Positions 56,208 to 64,000 of a DNA stretch of 64,000 nt are shown here, in pieces. Numbering within the stretch: the first letter of the stretch is position 1; every line of letters starts with the position of its first letter. The notes below the pieces were generated by a model. That model did no database searches, was not told the DNA's origin, and saw nothing but the letters and a program-made list of their open reading frames with translations. Made by a program: the position numbers and the translations under genes. Where the stretch lies: the NCBI GenBank assembly GCA_049515535.1, contig JBEKTZ010000007.1, forward strand, positions 1 through 64,000, written 5' to 3'. Source of the DNA: Candidatus Aminicenantales bacterium (lineage in GTDB: Bacteria; Acidobacteriota; Aminicenantia; Aminicenantales; UBA4085).

Positions 56208-58922
56208 ATGAAAAGCACCGTCCGTTGGATCCGCGCGCATAAAATCGGATTCGTTTTGGCTTGCGTTTTCGCGGCCGGTCTTTTTCTCCGGATCTGGGGC
56301 ATCGCCTCGGTTTACCAGAGGATCGACGACATCCCCATGGCCAAGCAGATCTATCACGCTTACCTTGGGGATTGGAAGCCGGACCCGATCTTTTTTTACC
56401 CCGTATTTTTCGCCTACATCGTCGGCGCCGTGATGAGGGTCATTTCTGGATTTCTGGCTTTCCTCGGCGTCCATCAGACTTCCGGGCCGTTCGAATTTAC
56501 GCTCGACCAGGTCCTCCTCATAGCCCGCCTCGTTTCCGCGGCGATGGGAGCTCTGACGATCCTCATCGTGTTCAAGATCGGAAAAAAATTGTTCTCCGAG
56601 ACGGTCGGCCTGGCCGCGGCCGTTTTCTTCGGTCTTTCGTTCGTCCATATTCTTCACAGCCATCAAATCGTCCTCGACGTCCCGATGACGTTTTTCTACG
56701 CGCTGACGTTTTACTTCTGCGTCCTGATCTTCCAAGAGGGCCGCTGGCCGCATTACCTGGCGGCGGCGTTCTTCGCCGGCCTGACGACGGCGACCAAATA
56801 TAACGGCTTCTTCATCGTCTTCTCCATCCTCGCCGCCCATGTCTGGAAAACGCGCGAGACGCAGAAGAACCTCCTGAAAATCCTTTTCCATAAAAAAATC
56901 TGGGCCGCCGGGTTCGTCACGATTCTGAGTTTTTTCGCCGGGCACCCGTACGCCTTCCTGTGGTTTCAGACGTTCCTCCGTTCCACGAAGGAACTGGCGA
57001 TGTGGGTCCATGCTCCGGAATGGTACACGGTCCTCGTCAAGCCGCAGACCCTTTGGGAAAAAATCATCGAAAATAAATATATCAAAGGGCTCGGAAACCT
57101 TTTTTCCGCCGAAGGCCTCGTCTTTTTTCTCCTGATCGCCCTGGGGGTCGTCTGGATCCTTCTGCGGAGGAAGAAAGAAACGATCTTCCTGTCCGTATCG
57201 GGGCTGATCTACTTTCTCGGGGCCTTGGGGTATGTCGGTTTTTCCAGGTATCGCGACCTCTCCGCCCTGGCTCTCTTCTATTCTTTTTTCGCCGCTTTCG
57301 GCTTGATGTTGATCCGCGATCTGCTGAGACCGTTGAAAGCCAAACGGGCCGCGTTCGCGGCCCTGGCCGGACTGGCCGTCGCCGTCATCGGCGTGCGGAC
57401 GTTCGTCTATGGCTATTATCTCCACGAGGACGATACGACGCAGGTCGCAGAGCGGTGGGTCAGGAGAAACATCCCGGCCGGCAGCACGATCGGCCGGGAA
57501 TGGTTCACTCCGGATTTCCCCGATCCCGGCGCCCGGTACAGAATCCGCACCCAGACGTATTTGTTCCAGGATTTTCCTCCCTTCGACAAGATCGATGTCG
57601 TCGAGTCCTCGAGCGCGAGCAACGGATTCTTCATGAAATACCGGAAATACTATCCCGACCAAGTCGCCGTCTATGACGATTTGGAGCGAAACCACGAACT
57701 CCTCAAAGACTTTTATTTCAAGGACTTCGAATATAAAAATCCCGAGGTCAAGATCTATAGCGGCAAGGTCGCCCGCCGAGCGAAACAGCGCCTGGACCTG
57801 CCTTTCCTGCCGGCCGATCCGAAGCCTCTCCGCGAATTCGATTTCGTCGACGGCTCCCCTTACGGAAAAGACGTCAATGCCTTTTATCTCGCGGCGGGCG
57901 AGCGCGTGGAGCGGATCTTGGTCAGCCGGACGAAGATCCGCCGGCTGGCGATCTTTGTCGGAGGTCCGGAGAGCGACGGCGAAATCACGGTCCGAAACGG
58001 CCGGCAGAAGAAAACCGTCGAAATCCGGAAAGGGCGTGACGCTTTCATCCCGCTCGAACCGACACGCGAATTCCCGTTCTTTGACTATATGTACAAGGTC
58101 GACGTCCGGGCGTCCGATCAAATGGCCGGCGCCTTCGTCAAGGTCCTCCGCGACGATTTCGATATCGCTCTGGAATACTTTCACGCCCGGGATTATTCCC
58201 GCGCCCGGGAATCCTTCCTCCGGGCCTTGGATGCCCCTCCGCCGGGAACCGCGGACGCGGAGATTTATCTGTATCTCGCTCACTGCGCGAAGATGACGGG
58301 AAAGCCCGACGAGGAACGCCGCTTCGCGGAAAAATTCTCGGCCGATAAGCTCGCCTCGCGCATGACATCCGTTTATCGTTCTCCGGTCGGGGGAGACGAG
58401 TGGGACAAGGATTTCTGGTCTCTTTCGGGAGTCAACGTGCCGCTGTTCCTGTCCACGCAGACGATCCTGATCGACGACGACCAGTTCACGTTCGAGAACG
58501 GATCGGCTTTGGAGTCGGACGCATTCTCGAACCGCAAAGCTTGGAGGGCATCTCCGGGGGCGGGCGGAGCCTTGACCGCGACCTCCGTGGAGAAGAGGCT
58601 TCCGCCTTCGGCTTACAGGGCGGAGTTCTGTTTTTTCAACCCTTCCGCTCTCAAGGGCGAGATCGGGCAGGCGGACATCCTTTTCGGGAAGGACGGCTCC
58701 GAGGAGCGAAGGACGTTTCCCCTCCGGTTGGAAACACCTAGAGACGATCGTGTTTCCCGCGCCGTCGTGAATTTTAAAAAGGACGGGTACGCAGGCGCGG
58801 TCAGATTCCGGCTGCGGCTTTCCGGTTCCGCCGACGTCGCTTTCGATCGTCTCGAACTGTCGCCGGATCTGCGGGCCATGAGCGCGGACAAAGGCGCGCT
58901 GTTTCAAGATTATCTCAAGTAA
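56208..58922 (+). CDS. GT-C (ArnT/GT39-like) glycosyltransferase with large periplasmic C-terminus including a TPR-like segment
   Basis: LRIWGI, FFYP, ARLVSAAMG, HSH...DVP, ATKYN; helical ALEYF..RDY..A...F..AL segment. Confidence 0.85.
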   Translation: MKSTVRWIRAHKIGFVLACVFAAGLFLRIWGIASVYQRIDDIPMAKQIYHAYLGDWKPDPIFFYPVFFAYIVGAVMRVISGFLAFLGVHQTSGPFEFTLDQVLLIARLVSAAMGALTILIVFKIGKKLFSETVGLAAAVFFGLSFVHILHSHQIVLDVPMTFFYALTFYFCVLIFQEGRWPHYLAAAFFAGLTTATKYNGFFIVFSILAAHVWKTRETQKNLLKILFHKKIWAAGFVTILSFFAGHPYAFLWFQTFLRSTKELAMWVHAPEWYTVLVKPQTLWEKIIENKYIKGLGNLFSAEGLVFFLLIALGVVWILLRRKKETIFLSVSGLIYFLGALGYVGFSRYRDLSALALFYSFFAAFGLMLIRDLLRPLKAKRAAFAALAGLAVAVIGVRTFVYGYYLHEDDTTQVAERWVRRNIPAGSTIGREWFTPDFPDPGARYRIRTQTYLFQDFPPFDKIDVVESSSASNGFFMKYRKYYPDQVAVYDDLERNHELLKDFYFKDFEYKNPEVKIYSGKVARRAKQRLDLPFLPADPKPLREFDFVDGSPYGKDVNAFYLAAGERVERILVSRTKIRRLAIFVGGPESDGEITVRNGRQKKTVEIRKGRDAFIPLEPTREFPFFDYMYKVDVRASDQMAGAFVKVLRDDFDIALEYFHARDYSRARESFLRALDAPPPGTADAEIYLYLAHCAKMTGKPDEERRFAEKFSADKLASRMTSVYRSPVGGDEWDKDFWSLSGVNVPLFLSTQTILIDDDQFTFENGSALESDAFSNRKAWRASPGAGGALTATSVEKRLPPSAYRAEFCFFNPSALKGEIGQADILFGKDGSEERRTFPLRLETPRDDRVSRAVVNFKKDGYAGAVRFRLRLSGSADVAFDRLELSPDLRAMSADKGALFQDYLK

Positions 58923-58927
58923 AGCCC

Positions 58928-59809
58928 ATGCCTCCAGAGTTCTCCTGCACACTATGCGGCGGCCGGTTCCGGCGGGCACTATTTTCAGTTAGAGGGTTTA
59001 GTTTTCTACGGTGTCGGGATTGCGGCTTGATCCAGATGGATCCTTTCCCCGAAGATCGGGAGGCCGGCGAAGATTACGCCGGCTTCGACTTGAATACCTA
59101 TCGAAAGTTCATGGTCGCTTTCCGCATACCGCAGTATGAACGCGACATCTCTTTCCTCCGGGAATACGCACCCGGAGGCCGTCTTCTCGACGTCGGCTGC
59201 GGGACGGGCGAATTTTTGGATGTCGCCGGGCGAAACGGGTTTCAACCCTACGGCCTCGAGCCTTCGCGGAAAGCCTATGACATCGCCCGAAAGGGCCGCA
59301 AGGTCGTCCGGGGAGAATTGCGGAACGTGGAATTCAAGGAGGAATTCTTCGACGCGGTCACCCTCTGGTCGGTATTGGAACACATCCCGGCGCCGTCGCC
59401 TTTTCTCGGGCGGATCCGCACGATCCTGAAAAGGGGGGGGATCCTAGCCCTCCGGCTTCCGGACGCGAAGGGGCTTCTTACCTCGCTCGCGTTGTGCCTT
59501 TATAAGATTTCCCTGGGGCGCATCGCTTCGCCGCTGAGCGTCCTTTATCAGCTCGATTGGCACTACAAACACTTTTACGGATATGACCGGCGGACGGCGG
59601 GCCGCTTGCTGGACGCGAACGGCTTCGAGGTCATCGGCCTCCGTTCGGAGATCGGTTTCGATTATCGCAGCCTCGACCTCAGGCTGGATTACATCTCCGG
59701 CAACCGCTTCGCCCGGAAGGCCGTCCGGGGCGCGCTGGGGGCGGTCTCGATCCTGGCCAAGCTCCTGAGGAAAGAGGACGAGTTGGTCCTGATCGCCCGG
59801 AAAACCTGA
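58928..59809 (+). CDS. Class I SAM methyltransferase with N-terminal Cys4 motif
   Basis: CTLC...CRDC, LLDVGCGTG, VLEH. Confidence 0.9.
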   Translation: MPPEFSCTLCGGRFRRALFSVRGFSFLRCRDCGLIQMDPFPEDREAGEDYAGFDLNTYRKFMVAFRIPQYERDISFLREYAPGGRLLDVGCGTGEFLDVAGRNGFQPYGLEPSRKAYDIARKGRKVVRGELRNVEFKEEFFDAVTLWSVLEHIPAPSPFLGRIRTILKRGGILALRLPDAKGLLTSLALCLYKISLGRIASPLSVLYQLDWHYKHFYGYDRRTAGRLLDANGFEVIGLRSEIGFDYRSLDLRLDYISGNRFARKAVRGALGAVSILAKLLRKEDELVLIARKT

Positions 59810-59966
59810 CCGGACATTCTTGGAGGAAAACCCTTTTCGGGGTTTCCCTCCAACGGGAGCTTCGCTCCCTGCCACCCTTCCTTGGAGCATCTCGTGAACG
59901 CATTTTTGTGGTCAGGCCCTGTTTATAATATGGGGCGCCCCGGTCGGCGTCACCCGTTCTCCTCGC
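59804..59966 (+). repeat. About 160-bp structured dispersed repeat, copy 2
   Basis: Direct repeat of 37104..37267. Confidence 0.9.
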
Positions 59967-59988
59967 TTTATTTTTTTATTTCACAGAA

Positions 59989-60136
59989 GCACAGGATATG
60001 CTGCTCGGAACCCGTCCGAGCGCGAGAGCGGGCATGGTTCGGAAAAACGCAGTTTTTCCGAGAGCTCGAGAGCGAGGCCGAGCGGATTTTCCGCGCTGGG
60101 GAAAATCCGCGTGGTGACGAGCAGCGTATCCTGTGC
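59989..60136. other. 148-bp element with 19-bp terminal inverted repeats and internal hairpins (MITE-like or structured RNA)
   Basis: GCACAGGATATGCTGCTCG pairs with CGAGCAGCGTATCCTGTGC; internal 10-bp and 11-bp perfect stems. Confidence 0.7.
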
Positions 60137-60264
60137 GCTCCCCGACTGGTATATTAAAAATGTTCGACGGTCAATTCTGCCCTCTATCCCGCGCACATAT
60201 CCTAATCTCGGCCGATCTCGCCTTGACAGGCTTGATTTTAAATGGTAAAAAGGGTCAACTGCGG

Positions 60265-62598
60265 ATGAGATTGAAGAGAAGGGATTTTATCCGGATCGGC
60301 GGTGCCGGTCTGTTTCTCGCGGGCCTGGACCCGCTCAATATTCTCGCGGCCTCCCCGCCGCCGTTGAACCCGGCCTCCCCTTTTTACGAGCAGCTGGCCA
60401 GCGAAGAATTTCCCTTCCCCTACGACGATGCGGTTTTCGACGCCGCCGAGCGGATAGCGAATGTCCGGAGAAACCCGAGCGATACCAAAACCTGGCTGAC
60501 GGATCTGAACTTGCTCGTGAAAAGCGGGAAGCGGCTGGATATCAAGGTTTATGTCGCAGACCGTCGCGAAAACCTGGCTAATCCCATGGATCTTCAATCA
60601 TTTACCGGCGTCCAGGGCTCTTTGGACACGCAGCTCCGCGGGTACGACAGCGCCCGGCTGTATTATCAGGTCCAGTATCGGGAAGGACAAGGGGCCTGGA
60701 AGTCCCTTTCCCCCCGGAGTTTCAAGCTTCCCAACACCAGTTTGCAGGACGGGGGACAGTTCCAGGCCATTTTTTTGGGAGATGATCATAGTTTCGACGA
60801 TGCCGATTTTGTCGTCTCCCCCGCAGACATACAGTCCAAGATCACGGGCGATTTTTTTTATCAATTTCATCAGGAATTGAAGGCCAATCCCTCCTGGGAA
60901 CCGTCTGACCCCTGGAATCAATTCGTGTTCTCTTTCGCGTTGGCCAAGGCTCAACGCCACATCCTCTCTTCGGAAGACCCGGACTTTTTCGTCAACCTGG
61001 GTGATTCGAACGGCATTGGCGCCGGCTACAAATGGGAAAGCTGGGGCCTCCCTTACAAAAATCTCAGCGATCAAGATTACGAATATATCGCGAAAACCCT
61101 CTGGTACAGGTCGAGGAAGATATTTTCCGCCATCACGCCGAACATCCCGGTCTATTGGGCCCTCGGCAACCATGACGGCGACGAGAACTGGAATGCGGCC
61201 CGGTTTCGGTCGAAATACTGGCGGCAGAAAGTTTTTGCGCTGCCGGGCCAGACGACGTATTCCGAGGGCGGCCATCCCGACGGCAATTATTATGCGTTCT
61301 CCTGGGGCGCGGATAAAGACAATCGCGGCGGCGCCCAGTTCATCATCCTCGACGTCACGGGGTTTACGGGAAACGAACCGGTCAAAGCGCAGGATTGGAC
61401 GCTGGGCGCCGAACAACGCCAGTGGTTCGAGAACGTCCTGAGCAAAAACGATCATGATTGGAGCTTCGCCTGCTTTCACCACGCGCTCGGCGGCTGGCCC
61501 AAGGGTTCGAACGAGAACGATTCCAGCATTGCCTACGGACGGGGGCCTCTTTTCACCGAGCAGGATTATTCCAATATCGCCGATCCGGCTTTGGTCGAGC
61601 AGGTCGCCCTGACGAATCTCGGGAAACAATACGGCCTGCGCGGTTTTATTTACGGGCACGACCATATTTTCAAAGTCATGAGGATCGGCGAGAGCTCCAA
61701 CAAAAAAGACCTCCTCGGCGTCTGTGTCGGCTCGACCAAATCTATCGGAGAAGAGGAATGGTGGAAGGGAACTTACTGGAAGAGATTCTACGGGGACGGG
61801 TTTAAATCCAACCCCGATTTCTTCGGCCCTTCCGGTATTACTCGGATGACCATCAATAGCGACAAAGTGAAGATCGATTACATCTGCACCAGGCGCACGT
61901 CTCCCGCTTCCACTAATCTCCCCGGCGGAGGCAGCGAAAACACCATCTATGCCAGCGCCGTCACGGTCAATCCGCAGCCGTCCATCGATGTGGACAAAAC
62001 GTCTATCACTTTTGAAACGACGGAGAGGAGTTCGCTTCCTCCGCCCAATCAGATCCTCAAGGTCCGCAACGGCGGGGGACAGGTCCTGAGATATTCGGTC
62101 AACGCCTCTCAGGATTGGATCGCGGTCAACCCTAACGCCGGAAACTCGTGGGCTTCCTGGACGGACGTGACCGTCTCCATTACTGCCGGAAACTCGATTG
62201 CCGGGACCTATAATGGGACGATCAAAGTCGAATCCTCGACGGCTTCCAACGGTTCGATCCAGATTCCCGTCCAGTATCTGGTCAAAGAAGCCCCTCTCTA
62301 CATGCCTCTGAATTTCGCGGGGACGAGGATGGGGGGGGCCTACTCCACCTCGAGACAGGACGCCATCATCCTGACCTGGCAGGCCAATGGGCTCAACGCG
62401 AACGTGACGAAATACCGCCTTTATGTTTATAACAATCTCGGGGCCCGGACCAAGATCGGCGAGACGGCTCCTTCAACGCTCAGGTTCGAGTTCTACCCGG
62501 CCGACAAAAACAAGAGCTATAAGTTCGACGTCGCTGCCGTCAACGACCATGGCCGGGAGGGAGAATCGGCGGCGACGACCGTGGCCAAGAACTTCTAG
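60265..62598 (+). CDS. Tat-exported metallophosphoesterase with BACON/Ig-like and C-terminal FN3-like domains
   Basis: KRRDFI Tat motif; GDDH, LGD, GNHD, FHH, GHDH; W+.V.P..G BACON-like segment. TTGACA-N17-TAAAAA at 60223-60251. Confidence 0.85.
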   Translation: MRLKRRDFIRIGGAGLFLAGLDPLNILAASPPPLNPASPFYEQLASEEFPFPYDDAVFDAAERIANVRRNPSDTKTWLTDLNLLVKSGKRLDIKVYVADRRENLANPMDLQSFTGVQGSLDTQLRGYDSARLYYQVQYREGQGAWKSLSPRSFKLPNTSLQDGGQFQAIFLGDDHSFDDADFVVSPADIQSKITGDFFYQFHQELKANPSWEPSDPWNQFVFSFALAKAQRHILSSEDPDFFVNLGDSNGIGAGYKWESWGLPYKNLSDQDYEYIAKTLWYRSRKIFSAITPNIPVYWALGNHDGDENWNAARFRSKYWRQKVFALPGQTTYSEGGHPDGNYYAFSWGADKDNRGGAQFIILDVTGFTGNEPVKAQDWTLGAEQRQWFENVLSKNDHDWSFACFHHALGGWPKGSNENDSSIAYGRGPLFTEQDYSNIADPALVEQVALTNLGKQYGLRGFIYGHDHIFKVMRIGESSNKKDLLGVCVGSTKSIGEEEWWKGTYWKRFYGDGFKSNPDFFGPSGITRMTINSDKVKIDYICTRRTSPASTNLPGGGSENTIYASAVTVNPQPSIDVDKTSITFETTERSSLPPPNQILKVRNGGGQVLRYSVNASQDWIAVNPNAGNSWASWTDVTVSITAGNSIAGTYNGTIKVESSTASNGSIQIPVQYLVKEAPLYMPLNFAGTRMGGAYSTSRQDAIILTWQANGLNANVTKYRLYVYNNLGARTKIGETAPSTLRFEFYPADKNKSYKFDVAAVNDHGREGESAATTVAKNF

Positions 62599-62651
62599 CC
62601 GCAGCTGAACCAGAATCATGGCCGTGATGTTCCGGTCGGCGGGGATCTGAA

Positions 62652-62681
62652 TTGACATTTCCGCCGGAAAACTGATAGACT
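62652..62681 (+). promoter_or_regulatory. Promoter TTGACA-N18-TAGACT (extended -10)
   Basis: Directly upstream of accD. Confidence 0.6.
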
Positions 62682-62693
62682 TTTTGAACGCTC

Positions 62694-63488
62694 ATGAACG
62701 AAAATCTTTGGACGCGCTGCAACAACTGCCAGAAGATCCTTTATAAAGAGGACATCCTCGAGAACTTTTCCGTCTGCCCGGCCTGCGGTTTTCATTTCCG
62801 TCTGTCCGCCTCCGAGCGTCTGGCGATGCTCTTCGACGAAGGCCGTTTCGAGATCGTGGACCACGGCATTTTCCCGCTCGATCCGCTCAAATTCGTCGAC
62901 AGCCAGAGCTACGCCAAGCGACTCCTGGATAACCAGAAAAAAACGTTCCTTCCTGAAGCCGTCGTCAACGCCGTGGGGACCATGGGAGGCATCAAAGTCG
63001 TCATGGCCGCCCTGGATTTCGCTTTCATGGGTGGAAGCATGGGCTCGGTCGTCGGCGAAAAAATTACCCGGGCCGCCGAACGGGCGCTCAAGGAAAAAAT
63101 GCCGCTCATCATCGTCTCGGTCTCCGGAGGCGCCCGCATGCAAGAAGGGGCGCTGTCGCTGATGCAGATGGCGAAATCGAGCGCGGCCCTCGCCCGCCTG
63201 GAGGGGGCCGGCCTGCCGTTCATCTCGGTTCTCGCCGATCCGACGACCGGAGGAGTGACCGCGAGTTTCTCCATGTTGGGGGATATCAACATCGCCGAGC
63301 CGAACGCCCTGATCGGCTTCGCCGGCCCCCGCGTGATCGAACAGACGATCAAGGAAAAATTGCCGAAAGGATTTCAGCGGTCGGAATTCCTGCTCAAACA
63401 CGGTATGCTCGACGACGTCGTGCCGAGAAAAAACCTCAAAACGTATATCGTCCGGGCGATCCGGCTGTTCCTCAACCGGGAGCAATGA
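62694..63488 (+). CDS. accD: Acetyl-CoA carboxylase carboxyltransferase beta subunit
   Basis: LWTRC..C zinc finger, FMGGSMGSVVGEK, SGGARMQEG, PTTGGVTAS, GFAGPRVIEQT. Confidence 0.98.
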   Translation: MNENLWTRCNNCQKILYKEDILENFSVCPACGFHFRLSASERLAMLFDEGRFEIVDHGIFPLDPLKFVDSQSYAKRLLDNQKKTFLPEAVVNAVGTMGGIKVVMAALDFAFMGGSMGSVVGEKITRAAERALKEKMPLIIVSVSGGARMQEGALSLMQMAKSSAALARLEGAGLPFISVLADPTTGGVTASFSMLGDINIAEPNALIGFAGPRVIEQTIKEKLPKGFQRSEFLLKHGMLDDVVPRKNLKTYIVRAIRLFLNREQ

Positions 63489-64000
63489 ACTCTTCGCGGT
63501 GCCGATCCTATCTTCAGGATCTCCAGCGTTTCGGCATCAAGCTCGGCCTCGAAAACATCTCCGCCGTCTTGTCTTCCTTTCATCATCCGCAGCGCTCTTT
63601 CCCTTCCGTTCACGTGGCGGGAACGAACGGCAAAGGGTCCGTCTGCGCGATGCTGGCGGAAATCCTGTCCCGTCACGGCCTGAAGGTCGGCCTATACACG
63701 TCACCCCACCTCGTCAGGGTCGAAGAGCGCATCCGGGTCGGGGGCCGGTTGATCCCTCAAAAAGATTTTTGCCGGCTGACCGGCGTCGTCAAAAGGAGGA
63801 TCGAACGCCTCTTGGCCCAAGGGAAGCTGGGCGCGCCCCCCACGTTTTTCGAGGTGCTGACCGTCATCGCTTTTCTCCATTTCCGGGAGAGGGAAGTCGA
63901 TATCGTCGTGCTCGAAACCGGGATAGGCGGGCGATTTGACGCGACGAACGTCGTGACGCCGCTTGTGTCCGTCATCACCAACATCTCCAGCGACCACCGG
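63485..64000 (+). CDS. folC: Folylpolyglutamate/dihydrofolate synthase, 3'-truncated; absent from the ORF track
   Basis: ATGA overlap with accD; GIKLGLENI, HVAGTNGKGS, YTSPHL, PTFFE, LETGIGGRFDATNV. Confidence 0.97.
   Translation, partial: MNSSRCRSYLQDLQRFGIKLGLENISAVLSSFHHPQRSFPSVHVAGTNGKGSVCAMLAEILSRHGLKVGLYTSPHLVRVEERIRVGGRLIPQKDFCRLTGVVKRRIERLLAQGKLGAPPTFFEVLTVIAFLHFREREVDIVVLETGIGGRFDATNVVTPLVSVITNISSDHR

Noticed and set aside
56190..58979. 929-aa antisense ORF, and similar ones at 39067..41748, 9929..11632, 51412..53124 and 60598..61665
   Set aside because: They mirror well-supported genes on the opposite strand, have no recognisable motifs, and are expected from GC-rich codon bias.
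37104..60136. CRISPR array, attC or tRNA interpretation of the hairpin repeats
   Set aside because: No regularly spaced repeat-spacer units, no cas or integrase gene, and no tRNA arm motifs.
59433..62338. G8 tracts at 59433-59440 and 62331-62338 as phase-variation sites
   Set aside because: They are short, both genes are in frame, and such runs are unremarkable at this GC content.

Overview
GC-rich bacterial window that is almost entirely a cell-surface modification region, ending in housekeeping accD-folC, with rsmA/ksgA embedded near the start. The style of the secreted proteins suggests Candidatus Aminicenantes/Acidobacteriota, which is an inference. It encodes six GT-C-fold (ArnT/PMT-like) membrane glycosyltransferases and five polyprenol-phosphate-type GT2s. 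It also has GT4, GT9, nucleotide-sugar enzymes, three B12-binding radical SAMs, one SPASM radical SAM, four class I methyltransferases, a carbamoyltransferase with an unlisted DUF5989-like small protein, and SGNH, GNAT/FemAB, deacetylase and sulfatase-like genes. Interleaved are six exported proteins (four 7-blade propellers, a propeller-SGNH and a Tat metallophosphoesterase) that all end in the same FN3-like C-terminal domain. Two near-identical, inverted copies of an AMIN + outer-membrane beta-barrel gene each sit beside one of these. The best novel candidate is a C-terminal-domain-tagged surface-display system coupled to lipid-linked glycosylation. Also seen: a likely ATT start codon, a duplicated promoter/operator, and several structured non-coding repeats. 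No CRISPR array, tRNA, rRNA, transposase or recombinase was recognised. All family calls come from motif recognition by eye, not database searches.
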